From the sequence record ON529853.1: 64,000 nucleotides of DNA, one strand, 5' to 3'. Shown here in pieces: positions 9,409 to 18,025 of this stretch (position 1 is the first letter of the stretch; the number at the start of each line of letters is the position of its first letter). A model generated the notes under the pieces. The model made no database searches and had not been told where the DNA came from. It saw nothing but the letters and a program-made list of their open reading frames with translations. Position numbers and translations under genes: made by a program.

Positions 9409-9647
9409 TCCCACTGGAAGGCGTCCCATTCGATCGCCAGTCGCGCCGCGTCTTCTTCCGAGATCGGGTGGGGGTCCGAGCACACACGGTAGGGCTCTCC
9501 CCGCAGGGTGACGCGGCGAATGTGTCGTCCCTGGTGTCGTTCGTAGGCGCTGCACAGGCAATCGCCGCGCACCTCGTAAACCTCGACCACAATGCCCGGC
9601 TCGATCTTGCGCCGGCGCCGTCGGTTCATCGTCTTAAGGGTCGCCAT
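9405..9647 (-). CDS. hypothetical protein
   Basis: 80 aa. Confidence 0.65.
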   Translation of the reverse strand: MATLKTMNRRRRRKIEPGIVVEVYEVRGDCLCSAYERHQGRHIRRVTLRGEPYRVCSDPHPISEEDAARLAIEWDAFQWD

Positions 9648-9810
9648 TGCGCGCCTCCAGTTTGGTGTTGAGGTCCGCCCAGGCCTGGGCGATGCGCCGG
9701 TCGCGCTCCTGATCAGTGATGCGTCCTTGGTTCCGCAGCAGGTCTGCGTCCTCGATCTTCCAGCGGCAGTGGCGCTTCAGTTCCGCCTCAGAGACGACAT
9801 AGGCGTTCAA
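9634..9810 (-). CDS. hypothetical protein (58 aa)
   Basis: Read by eye: TTG start overlapping upstream TGA, MNAYVVSEAELKRHCRW... Confidence 0.6.
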   Translation of the reverse strand: MNAYVVSEAELKRHCRWKIEDADLLRNQGRITDQERDRRIAQAWADLNTKLEARNGDP

Positions 9811-10430
9811 TCGTCCAGTCCCCTCAAAGTCAGTTCGGCCCGTGATCCACGCCGATCCATGGCGGCTTTGGCGCGCGCCAGGAGGGTGTCGTAGGCGGCG
9901 ATTTTGTCGCGCGCGCAGTAAAGGGTGCGCAGATAGACGACGATTTCCTCATCGGACATCCGGGTCGGGTCCTTTGCGGCGTAGACCTCGGACAGGTACT
10001 CCCAACGGCCGGCGTGCGCGTGATCGTCCAGGTCCGCCATCAAGGCCGACATCAGCGACATCGGCAGGCTTTCAGGCGCCTGGGCGATGGCCCAGCAGCG
10101 ATCCGCAGCCGCCTGGACGTCAGTCGCGGCCCGAGAGTCGCTGCTGGGGTCGTATTCCCCGCCGTGACGGACGTGGAAGATGTCCCAGATGGCCTTGCCG
10201 ATCTTCTCGATCTGCGCCTGTTCGTGGGTCAGGCGCGGCTCCGGCGGCCGAACCCAGTCGGGACCTTGCGGGAAAGCCGCCTCGAATTCCACCCAGGCGC
10301 CGATCATCTCGCGCCGCGCCGCCTCACGGGGCAGGTATCCCAAACGACCCCGTCGGGCGCAGACCTCCGCCCGGTACTCGGTGATGATTCGGGCGTCCTC
10401 CTCGGACATGTCGGGATCGAGATAGGCCAT
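9807..10430 (-). CDS. hypothetical protein
   Basis: 207 aa, GGAGA RBS. Confidence 0.75.
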   Translation of the reverse strand: MAYLDPDMSEEDARIITEYRAEVCARRGRLGYLPREAARREMIGAWVEFEAAFPQGPDWVRPPEPRLTHEQAQIEKIGKAIWDIFHVRHGGEYDPSSDSRAATDVQAAADRCWAIAQAPESLPMSLMSALMADLDDHAHAGRWEYLSEVYAAKDPTRMSDEEIVVYLRTLYCARDKIAAYDTLLARAKAAMDRRGSRAELTLRGLDD

Positions 10431-10442
10431 AGGGTCTCCGGA

Positions 10443-10619
10443 TCAGGCGTTGGCGGCGGACAGGAAGTAGCGTTGGGTTTGGTCCAGCCAGAGGTGGAAA
10501 GGCCGCACCGCCGCCTTCACGCCGCCGCGCGGCTCCGTCTGGTCGAACAGGGCCTGTGCGCGGCTGACCTGGGCTGCGGTGACGCCCAGGCGGCGCATTT
10601 CAGTCTCAACAGTCGTCAT
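10443..10619 (-). CDS. hypothetical protein (58 aa)
   Basis: Read by eye: GGAG RBS, MTTVVETEMRRLG... Confidence 0.6.
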   Translation of the reverse strand: MTTVETEMRRLGVTAAQVSRAQALFDQTEPRGGVKAAVRPFHLWLDQTQRYFLSAANA

Positions 10620-10677
10620 GGGGCTCCAGATACGCAGGAGGGAAAAGAGGCGGGCCGCCGGAGCGGCCCGCCGTGGA

Positions 10678-11973
10678 TCAGGCGCGCGCCTTGTCCAGGG
10701 TCGTCGAGGTGGCGTCGCGCGGCTGGAACTTGCCGTCCTCGGCGCGGGTCATGTTGGCGAGGCGCTCGGCCGGCGAGACCTTGGGCGCCGGCATGCGCAG
10801 GTCGGCGCGCGGGAAGGTCAGGCTGCTCGGCACATAGCCCATGATCGCCAGGTCCTTCTGGGTGGGGCTGGTGATGCCCCGGATCGTCGTCAGCGACTTG
10901 TCGACCGCAAAGGCGTTCCAGGCGCGGGCGGCGGCGCCGAAGGCGACGGAAGGATGCACGATGTTGCGGCTGCGGGCGCGCTCCAGCGCCTCCCACTCAC
11001 GCAGCGTCAGGCGCGGATCGCCCTTCTCCAGCCCGGCGCCGGTTTCGAGCGCCTCCAGGAACTCGTCCACCTTCGAACTGAACAGGCCCTTGCTGTCGCC
11101 CAGCGCCAGCACGGCGGCGAGCGGACCCTTGGGGAAGCGAATCTTGCGCTTGGCGACCTTGTCGACGACGCCTTCCAGGACGGGGTTGGCTTCGATGAAC
11201 TCCAGCAGGGCGACGCGGCCCAGCGGGCCGGTCAGCGACACGTTGGCCCCGTAGTTGTGCACGAAGCGTCCGGCGGTCGCCAGCAGGCTGGAGTTCTCCT
11301 TGCCCGCCAAGGCGACGACGTCGCCGGCCGAACGGGTCTTGCCGTTGTCGATCGTGGTGAAGACTTCATCGGCCGCGTCGTAGGCGATCAGCAGCTTCAG
11401 CGTGACGCCGGCGCGGACGATGGCGTGCAGGCGGTGCTGGCCGTCCAGCAGGCGGTTGGTGAGGCTCACCACGATGGTGGCGCCGTTCTGCTGCCAGGAC
11501 CCGGCGATCATGTCTTGCGCGTACTTCCGCACCAGCGCTTCCGAGAGCGGGCGGTTGTGGGTGTTGGATTTCAGCAGGGCTTCGGCCTCGTCGGGGCCGA
11601 TCATTTCGAATTGGATACGGGGCTGCATGGGCGCGGGTTGTCCTTTCGTGGCAGGGGCGGACGAGACCAGGGTCGCGGCCGGAGCAGGTGAAGGGGTAGA
11701 CTTGGGGACCACCTTGAGCGCACGCGGTTGGGCGCCTCGGGTGGAGAAGAGCGGCGTGACGTCGCCGGCGGACGCGGCGCCGGTCGCGGAGGCGGTCGTT
11801 TTATCGGCCTTGCGGTTGGCGCGCACGCGTTCGTAAATATCGGGAGCCTTGGCTTTCACCATCTGCTGCACGCCTGTGCGGTCGACGTTGAAATGGCGTC
11901 CGAGTTGGGCGAAGGAATAGTTGCCCGTCGCGAACATCTTGATCGCTTCGTCATGGTTATACTTGGCTTGCAC
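10678..11973 (-). CDS. HTH + ParB/Srx-like domain protein
   Basis: N-terminal HTH (YSFAQLGRHFNVDRTGVQQMVK), Ala/Pro linker, NRPL...LLDGQHRLHA motif. Confidence 0.75.
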   Translation of the reverse strand: MQAKYNHDEAIKMFATGNYSFAQLGRHFNVDRTGVQQMVKAKAPDIYERVRANRKADKTTASATGAASAGDVTPLFSTRGAQPRALKVVPKSTPSPAPAATLVSSAPATKGQPAPMQPRIQFEMIGPDEAEALLKSNTHNRPLSEALVRKYAQDMIAGSWQQNGATIVVSLTNRLLDGQHRLHAIVRAGVTLKLLIAYDAADEVFTTIDNGKTRSAGDVVALAGKENSSLLATAGRFVHNYGANVSLTGPLGRVALLEFIEANPVLEGVVDKVAKRKIRFPKGPLAAVLALGDSKGLFSSKVDEFLEALETGAGLEKGDPRLTLREWEALERARSRNIVHPSVAFGAAARAWNAFAVDKSLTTIRGITSPTQKDLAIMGYVPSSLTFPRADLRMPAPKVSPAERLANMTRAEDGKFQPRDATSTTLDKARA

Positions 11974-11974
11974 T

Positions 11975-12316
11975 TCAGAACTCCTGGGACTTGGAGGCGC
12001 AGACGCGCCGGGGCTTGACGGGGGTTACGTGGTCGGGGTGGCGTTTCAGCGCCCGACCGGGATGGCCCAGACGTCGGAGCGTGGCGTGATTTGCGCGCGG
12101 GGAGACCCGACCGACCGGAAAGGCGTTTTGGACCGGGACCACCTTGCCGTAGCAATCGGGGTTCAAGGGGTCATCGCCGTACCACAGCCCCGTGAAAAGA
12201 TAGTCCCCCGGCAAACGGATCAAGGAGGTCGGGCGCTCGACGTCCGCCTTGGACAGCGTCAAACGCACCCACAGGCGGTCGCTGCGATCTCTCGGGCGGC
12301 GGTAGAGCGCGCTCAT
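11975..12316 (-). CDS. hypothetical protein
   Basis: 113 aa, coupled. Confidence 0.55.
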   Translation of the reverse strand: MSALYRRPRDRSDRLWVRLTLSKADVERPTSLIRLPGDYLFTGLWYGDDPLNPDCYGKVVPVQNAFPVGRVSPRANHATLRRLGHPGRALKRHPDHVTPVKPRRVCASKSQEF

Positions 12317-12666
12317 GCTTCGGCGCCCAAGACGGCCACGAGCGATTCGATCTGCTCGGTCGACAGATGCTCAGGCGGGTCGAAACTGTCCGCCAGCTTG
12401 CGGAACCGACGCCAGGCCGCCTTGCGGCCCTGTTCGGCCTCGTAGACGACGCGCGACGGCCAGAGTTGTGCGCGGTGTCCGATGTCGCCTTCCTGGCGCC
12501 CCGAGAAGTCATAGCGGTCGCTGGACCAGGATTCCGACTTCACCGTCAGCCAGGCGCGCCCGATTTTCTCGATCGTCGCCTCGAAGGTCTCGACCCCTTG
12601 GCGCCCCGGCCGCGAGATGACCGCCGTCTGACCTTCGCTCCAGGTGCTTTTATCGAACTTCGGCAT
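12313..12666 (-). CDS. hypothetical protein (beta-barrel-like phage protein)
   Basis: ATIEKIGRAWLTV motif; GGAGGG RBS. Confidence 0.7.
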   Translation of the reverse strand: MPKFDKSTWSEGQTAVISRPGRQGVETFEATIEKIGRAWLTVKSESWSSDRYDFSGRQEGDIGHRAQLWPSRVVYEAEQGRKAAWRRFRKLADSFDPPEHLSTEQIESLVAVLGAEA

Positions 12667-12875
12667 CAGCCCTCCCTCTCGTCTGAGGAAACGGCGTAAA
12701 GGAACGGTTTCTGTCTGTCAACGGTCTCATGCTGAATATTCGCGACATCATAGCCGCTCGCCGAGAGCAACTCGTAGGCGATGTCGCCCGCCTTCTCAAG
12801 CGGCGCGACGCCGGTGTGGACCAGACCCGCTGCGATGGCGTTCAGTTGCCGCCGCGTCGCCGTCGGCGCCGTCAT
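12666..12875 (-). CDS. hypothetical protein
   Basis: 69 aa, coupled. Confidence 0.6.
   Translation of the reverse strand: MTAPTATRRQLNAIAAGLVHTGVAPLEKAGDIAYELLSASGYDVANIQHETVDRQKPFLYAVSSDEREG
12696..12721 (-). promoter_or_regulatory. conserved early promoter (intragenic)
   Basis: gtaaaggaa-N11-tgtcaa. Confidence 0.75.
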
Positions 12876-13219
12876 GCGCGACCTCGCGACCGAACGGCTT
12901 CGCAGACCTCGCTGGCGGGGTCTCCGTCGTTATTGCGCCGGCGTTCGCTGGCGGGATGCTTGCGCCAGCCCGACGGCTCGCCCTGGAAGTCCCGCTCGGA
13001 CCATTCGATCAGGGCGAGCAAAGCGCGGCGGAAGTCCGCATAGCAGTAGCGGTCGAGATAGCCCGAACGGTCGCCCACCTCCCCGATGTGCAGGGTCCAG
13101 TGGAAAAGCAGAGGTTTGACCCCGCACCACATGGCGTCCGGCATGATCAACGCGGCGGCGTAGCCCTCGCTTTCCAGCCAGGTCAGGAACTCGGCTTCGG
13201 CGGCGTCCGGCTTAAGCAT
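12872..13219 (-). CDS. conserved phage hypothetical protein
   Basis: LLFHWTLHIG...YLDRYCY...EPSGWRKHP. Confidence 0.7.
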   Translation of the reverse strand: MLKPDAAEAEFLTWLESEGYAAALIMPDAMWCGVKPLLFHWTLHIGEVGDRSGYLDRYCYADFRRALLALIEWSERDFQGEPSGWRKHPASERRRNNDGDPASEVCEAVRSRGRA

Positions 13220-13556
13220 CGGGGGAACACGCGGCGGCGCAGCGCAGCCCCATCGCCCAGCCGGCGGCGTTCGGGCGGAACCGGGCGATAGGCGAGAGGA
13301 AGTCAGGGGATTCACTGAAGTGCGGGTCGACCACGCCGCGATTGCGCGTCACCACCGCCTCAAAGGAATCCGCCTGGAACAACATGATCTTGCGACCCTC
13401 GTAGTTGCTGGCGTCCGGGTACTGGACCTCGACGAGCACGAAGGCGCCGACGCGCAACTGCTGGATCAGGCGGAAGTTCGTGGCGACGGGATTTCCCGGC
13501 GGCGGCGCCACCGGGCGATCGAAGGTGGAGCCGCTCAACCGGTAACCGACCCCCAT
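13212..13556 (-). CDS. hypothetical protein
   Basis: VEVQYPDASNYEGRKIMLF...DPHF. Confidence 0.7.
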   Translation of the reverse strand: MGVGYRLSGSTFDRPVAPPPGNPVATNFRLIQQLRVGAFVLVEVQYPDASNYEGRKIMLFQADSFEAVVTRNRGVVDPHFSESPDFLSPIARFRPNAAGWAMGLRCAAACSPDA

Positions 13557-13885
13557 CACGACGCCCTTTCGCACAGGTAGACGACATTAGAGCCGTCGAT
13601 CGAGCCCAACCCCTGGTCCGCGTTGAGCGCGCGTTCGACGCGGCGCTGCGCGTCCAGGCGAAACTGATCGCGATCCGCCGCCGTCACCAGCGGAAGCGTC
13701 AAAGGCCCGCCGGTCAGGGCCAGACCGTGGGTTCGCGCGGCATCGGCTGCGCCGGTCCGGGAGCCGAAGGCGCCGTAGTGCGGCTGCGCCTTGCCGGGGA
13801 AGAGCGTGCTTTCGCTGACCAGACGGTATTGGTGGGGATGACTGCGGTAGCCGGTAGGCTCCTCCATGATCCAGGCCTTGCGCAT
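13556..13885 (-). CDS. hypothetical protein
   Basis: MRKAWIMEE... Confidence 0.65.
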   Translation of the reverse strand: MRKAWIMEEPTGYRSHPHQYRLVSESTLFPGKAQPHYGAFGSRTGAADAARTHGLALTGGPLTLPLVTAADRDQFRLDAQRRVERALNADQGLGSIDGSNVVYLCERAS

Positions 13886-13886
13886 C

Positions 13887-14348
13887 TCAGACCGCCTTGC
13901 TCTTGGGCCAGTGCCGCAGCACGCCATCGGCGATCTGGCGGCCGCGCGCGGACAGGATGGTGTTGGCGCCCAGCAAACCCAGTCGAATGAGGTGGTCGAA
14001 GATGGGTTGCAGACTGCCGACCTCGGCGGGCATGGGGCGCTCCTGGAGCAGCCGGATCAGGACCCGTCGGTCGTCCTCGTCGAGCGCGCTGTAGATGCGT
14101 TGACGTTCGCTGGCGTCGACTTCATTGGTGTCGATCAGCGCCGGGTCGACTTCAAGCGCCCGCGCCAGCAGCATGTCCGCGATCTCCAGCACCGTATGCA
14201 TGGCGCTGCTGCGATCCTGCGTGCGGAACGCGACGACGATTCGCTCGCCCATCTGAGCAGCGGCCCAGGCCGAAATCACCTTTGGGGAGCCTACAGGCTC
14301 GGCCGCCAGGACGGTGTCCAGCGGGACTTCGATGTCGAACTCTTCCAC
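13887..14348 (-). CDS. hypothetical protein
   Basis: GGAGG RBS, GTG start; first gene after promoter. Confidence 0.75.
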   Translation of the reverse strand: MEEFDIEVPLDTVLAAEPVGSPKVISAWAAAQMGERIVVAFRTQDRSSAMHTVLEIADMLLARALEVDPALIDTNEVDASERQRIYSALDEDDRRVLIRLLQERPMPAEVGSLQPIFDHLIRLGLLGANTILSARGRQIADGVLRHWPKSKAV

Positions 14349-14377
14349 GCAGCCTCCTATGTATCGTCGATCTCCGT

Positions 14378-14403
14378 GTAAAAGAACGAATCCCGGCTGT
14401 CAA
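14378..14403 (-). promoter_or_regulatory. conserved early promoter (variant TTCTTTTAC)
   Basis: gtaaaagaa-N11-tgtcaa. Confidence 0.75.
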
Positions 14404-14497
14404 CCACCGTCAGTTCTGCTGACGTAGCTTGTCCTTTCACTGGGCGCCCTGTTTTCAGCGCGTGCCGAAACCACCGTGGGGAGTGAAACCGGCCGTC

Positions 14498-14525
14498 TTG
14501 CGCCAGCGTCCGGCTGAGATATGGT
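14498..14525 (+). promoter_or_regulatory. sigma70-type promoter
   Basis: TTGCGC-N16-TATGGT upstream of plus-strand gene. Confidence 0.5.
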
Positions 14526-14549
14526 GTGGCGGACATGGGAGGCATCCAT

Positions 14550-14849
14550 ATGACGCATATGACCATCGGGCAGGTCGGCGCTCGGGCGCGCAGCCTGGGG
14601 ATGATATTCAGCCGCAATCCTGAGACCCTAGTGTTCCGCCTGCGGTATCGGGACCCCGTCCTTACCGACGCCGACGGACGTTCGGAATGGCGCACCCAGG
14701 ACCTGGAAGAGGTCGTCGCGATCCTGAACGCCCTGGCGCCGGCACAACCACCACCGATCGTCACCATCCCCCGTATGGTCAATTTCAGCAATCAACGGGC
14801 GTGCAGTGATCTGGCGGAGCGCGACAAGCGTTCCGCCAGTGACTACTGA
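14550..14849 (+). CDS. hypothetical protein
   Basis: GGAGG RBS then ATG; MTHMTIGQVGARARSLG... Confidence 0.65.
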   Translation: MTHMTIGQVGARARSLGMIFSRNPETLVFRLRYRDPVLTDADGRSEWRTQDLEEVVAILNALAPAQPPPIVTIPRMVNFSNQRACSDLAERDKRSASDY

Positions 14850-14925
14850 ACCAACGGACAATCTGTCCACCTAAGTATACATCCATCCCTAAAGAGTCCG
14901 ATGGTCGTCTCTCGTGGGCTTCGCC

Positions 14926-14959
14926 CCCTCGTGACCGGCTGCCGCCGGGCCTCCTTCGG
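14926..14959. repeat. 34-bp dispersed direct repeat, copy 1 (32/34 with 25692..25725)
   Basis: ccctcgtgaccggctgccgccgg(g/c)cc(t/a)ccttcgg. Confidence 0.85.
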
Positions 14960-15110
14960 ACGCCCGCGCGCCAGGACGACTACGCCCGGTACGGCCCCGG
15001 CGCCGGACACGGCCGGAACGACTCCCCAAGCCCGGCACGATCATTTTCATGTTGCTTAATCTGTTTTGATGTTGTTTAAGCCCTCACATCGCTCGAACAA
15101 GGAGAACGCG

Positions 15111-15434
15111 ATGCGCTACACGCCCGAACAGATCGCCGCTCAGGCGCAACTGGTGACCGACTCTCTGGCGGAGGCGGCCGAGCACCAGGCCCGGCTCAAC
15201 CACATGCTGACGAAGAACGCGACGCCGCAAAAACCAGGCCCGAAGCCGGCCCTGCTCAACATGTACGGCAAGCTGACCGAGCACGGCGAAAAGGTCATGT
15301 TCGATATGTTCGAGTCCGGCGATCGGGACACGGACATCGCCGTGCACTTCGACATCACGCCGTCGGCGGTCCATGCGCGTCGCCAGCGCTGGGCCTCGGC
15401 CCAGCGGAAGAAGAAGGCGCTCCAGCCGGCCTGA
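15111..15434 (+). CDS. HTH DNA-binding protein
   Basis: AAGGAG RBS; C-terminal GDRDTDIAVHFDITPSAVHARRQRW HTH; AT-rich upstream region. Confidence 0.7.
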   Translation: MRYTPEQIAAQAQLVTDSLAEAAEHQARLNHMLTKNATPQKPGPKPALLNMYGKLTEHGEKVMFDMFESGDRDTDIAVHFDITPSAVHARRQRWASAQRKKKALQPA

Positions 15435-15438
15435 CACC

Positions 15439-15474
15439 ATCGTGTTGCCGTATCGGGTGATACGGCAACACGAT
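15439..15474 (+). terminator. 16-bp perfect hairpin after HTH gene
   Basis: atcgtgttgccgtatc-gggt-gatacggcaacacgat followed by cttt. Confidence 0.8.
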
Positions 15475-15485
15475 CTTTACACGCC

Positions 15486-15621
15486 GCGCCGGACATGATC
15501 CGGACATATCCGGCCAAGGCGACCGTCCATATATGGACGCTTAGGCCCCGTGCTGATCTTAAATGTCCATATATGGGCGGTCGCAGAACCTATCCGGCCG
15601 TATCCGGCCGCGCGCCGGACA
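15486..15621. repeat. palindrome/inverted/direct repeat array (putative protein-binding site)
   Basis: 20-bp inverted repeat 15519-15538/15565-15584, each with GTCCATATATGG(A/G)C; flanking cgcgccggacat x2, tatccggcc x3. Confidence 0.8.
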
Positions 15622-16152
15622 TCAGGACGGGCGAAGCTGGCTTCGCCGCGCCTCATCGATTCCCTTCGACAGGGCGTAGTTGGAATAGGCTTGGTCCCCG
15701 GTGATCTCGGCGTCGACGGCTTCGGCGAACCAGGCCGGCATGTTGATGCCGTGGTTCTCGTCCGGCAGTTCGACCTCCAGGATCATCAGGTGGCGCAGGG
15801 CGGGGTGGTCGAACATGTCGAACTCCAGCGTCAGGTCGCCGTGCGGGATCGACCAGCGCGTCTTCTCAATACAGGCGCCTTTTGTGTGGTGGATCGCCAG
15901 GTTCAGGTAGGTCATTCCGTCGATCTCGAACTCGATCTCATGACTGGCGAAGGCCGAACCTTCGACGGGCCGCTTCATCGTCAGGTGATAGCGGGGGCGG
16001 GACAGCGCGCACGAGGTCTGGCGGATGCGCGTGATCCAGTCACCGGTCCCCTGGACGTAGGCCTGGGTGATCTTCACCTTGCGCGCGGCGTCCAGGACGG
16101 ATTCCGGCGGCAGTGTCTTGAGCCGGAACCGGCGTTCGATTTCCAGGCTCAT
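15622..16152 (-). CDS. CYTH-domain protein (triphosphatase/adenylate cyclase-like)
   Basis: LEIERRF, ITQAYV, RIR, IEKTRW, LEFD, ILEVE motifs. Confidence 0.9.
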   Translation of the reverse strand: MSLEIERRFRLKTLPPESVLDAARKVKITQAYVQGTGDWITRIRQTSCALSRPRYHLTMKRPVEGSAFASHEIEFEIDGMTYLNLAIHHTKGACIEKTRWSIPHGDLTLEFDMFDHPALRHLMILEVELPDENHGINMPAWFAEAVDAEITGDQAYSNYALSKGIDEARRSQLRPS

Positions 16153-16865
16153 GCCGGTGCCCCGCCGCTGTCGACGGCTGCCTGCATCCGGCGAAGGGCC
16201 TGCGGCCGGAACGGGACTTCAGCCCGCACAACATCGCGCGCGGCGTCCGACGGCTTGAACGTCACACGGGAGCCCTGGGGCGACCAAACCGCCCGCACCG
16301 GATAGACGAGACCCGCCTGAACGGCGCCGGCGTACTCGCCGTGAATGAACGGCTCGTGGGACCCGAACTCACCGTCGCGCGCCGGCAGCAGCAAGCGGGC
16401 CACCCGCCGGTTCACCGCCATCGGCTTAAAGGCCCAACAGCCCTGCGCGGCCACTTGCCGGAAGGTGTAGACTTGGTCTGGATCACCCTCCAGGGTCTTT
16501 TCGCAGGCGTAGAGGCGCCCTTTCAGGGTCACTTCCCACACAACGTCCTGACCCTGCCCATCCTGTTCGCACGGCCGCAGGCGGCCGTCGGCGACCGCCT
16601 TCACGACCAGGGCGCGCAGCGCCGGGTCCTCATGCATCGGCGTGCGGCGCGCCTCGCCCAGCCAACTATACCGCAGGGTGTCTGCGCCGCTGTCGGCGGT
16701 GATGACCAAGGCTCCGGCGCGGGCGACCGCCGCCCACATGGCGTCGTCCTCCATCTGGGCGCTATCGGGGTCCATGCCTTGCGGCGCGGGCGCAAAGCCG
16801 GCGGCGGCCGGGAGACCGGCCAGGGCGGCGAGCGCGGTGAAGACGGTGCGTCGGTTCAGATTCAT
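16149..16865 (-). CDS. putative Tat-exported protein
   Basis: MNLNRRTVFTALAALAGLPAAAG twin-arginine signal. Confidence 0.7.
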   Translation of the reverse strand: MNLNRRTVFTALAALAGLPAAAGFAPAPQGMDPDSAQMEDDAMWAAVARAGALVITADSGADTLRYSWLGEARRTPMHEDPALRALVVKAVADGRLRPCEQDGQGQDVVWEVTLKGRLYACEKTLEGDPDQVYTFRQVAAQGCWAFKPMAVNRRVARLLLPARDGEFGSHEPFIHGEYAGAVQAGLVYPVRAVWSPQGSRVTFKPSDAARDVVRAEVPFRPQALRRMQAAVDSGGAPA

Positions 16866-16871
16866 GACGTT

Positions 16872-16944
16872 GTTCTGCCGCGTCGATTTTTCTATGTCAA
16901 CCACCACGACGGCTGTTGACAGCAATCACGGCACATGCGAGAAG
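16872..16944. promoter_or_regulatory. back-to-back divergent promoters
   Basis: Minus: TTGACA-N17-CAGAAC (16900-16872); plus: TTGACA-N17-GAGAAG (16916-16944). Confidence 0.6.
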
Positions 16945-16950
16945 GACCAC

Positions 16951-17480
16951 CTCGGCGGCGCGGTCCCAGGACAGCGTCGTCGGGCGATCTCGACCGGCAC
17001 ACGGGCTTGGGAAGATCAGAGGAATAGATGGGGAACCACAGCAGCGCCTCGGCGGGCTGCCCGATCACCGCGCTATCCTTGCGGACCCCTCAGGGGATAG
17101 GCTCTGACGCCGCAAAGATGTCGAGAGGACGGACCCTGTTGAACGGCGCTGTAACGCCGCCTCGGCCGGGAGCAAGGACGACCCGCCGCACCTTCAGGTG
17201 CGGCCTCGCCCGGACCCGTATCTACCAAGATCGTAGGTGACTAAGCGATCGCCTCCCCCGTCCGGGACATGTACCGGCCGGACCGAGAGGTATTCGCGAG
17301 GCGAGCACGCCAGGGTTACGTCACCGAATCCGGCTCACCCGCCCGGAGCGGTCTCGGGGCCGTCCGTGGTTCCCCTTATCGGGTCCGGCGTTTCGTCAGG
17401 CCGGGTTCAGGATTTATCTGCGGACAATCAGCCTCATACCCCAAACCCCCGTCGGCTCGCGCCGGCGGGGGTCTCTTCTT
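16951..17480 (+). ncRNA. candidate ~530-nt structured RNA or long leader
   Basis: Promoter upstream, terminator at 3' end, many hairpins, 10-bp long-range pairing 17030-17039/17366-17375. Confidence 0.45.
17445..17480 (+). terminator. intrinsic terminator / attenuator
   Basis: acccccgtcggc-tcgc-gccggcgggggt + ctcttctt. Confidence 0.7.
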
Positions 17481-17488
17481 GAGGCCCC

Positions 17489-17707
17489 ATGCCGTACCAG
17501 ATCAGAATCACCGCCGCCGATTGCGAAACCCTCTCGGGCCAGACAGGCCTGAAGGGCATGATCGCCGGCCTGCGGGTCATGAAGACCTGGGCTGAGACGC
17601 ACACGCCGGGATGGGCCTATATCGCAGGGCTTCAGCGGTTCCAATTCCAGACAGCGGACGACCTGGACCGGTTCGAGGCGACGTTCAAGCGCGCGCCGGA
17701 GGCCTGA
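17489..17707 (+). CDS. hypothetical protein
   Basis: GAGG RBS, 72 aa, high GC3. Confidence 0.7.
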   Translation: MPYQIRITAADCETLSGQTGLKGMIAGLRVMKTWAETHTPGWAYIAGLQRFQFQTADDLDRFEATFKRAPEA

Positions 17708-17819
17708 CGAGTCTTCAAGGCTGTCACAGGCTCAGGCCTGGAGTTGCCGGGTCTCGCAATTATCAGGCCTGATTTTCCTGACGTTTCCTGCGTCGTATCC
17801 CAACAATTTGTTAAGATCG

Positions 17820-17990
17820 CCGAGCGCGCCTCCAGGCGGACTCGCTGCGCGTGGACCTGGCGGAGGCTTCCCTGCCGCCGGGGGGGTTGGCGGGGCCTCG
17901 CGGCCGGAGCGTAATCGGGGGGCGTCATGCGCTCGCACAGGGAAGTGTCCTGCCAAGGACCCCAGGAACATGGCATAGGCGCGCGCAAAG
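17820..17990 (+). ncRNA. candidate structured RNA (multibranch)
   Basis: gcctcc/ggaggc stem; cttccctg/cagggaag closing three hairpins; no credible ORF. Confidence 0.4.
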
Positions 17991-18025
17991 GAAAAGCCCC
18001 GCCGGCGAACCGACGGGGCTTTTCC
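17990..18025 (-). terminator. intrinsic terminator (possibly bidirectional)
   Basis: Minus: ggaaaagccccgtcgg-ttcg-ccggcggggcttttcc then ttt. Confidence 0.85.

Noticed and set aside
14435-14488. TTTCAC...GTGAAA parS-like half sites
   Set aside because: Separated by about 40 nt instead of abutting; better explained as a hairpin base
15050-15080. Two TTAA motifs upstream of the HTH gene as a CtrA box
   Set aside because: Spacing is 16 nt, not TTAA-N7-TTAA
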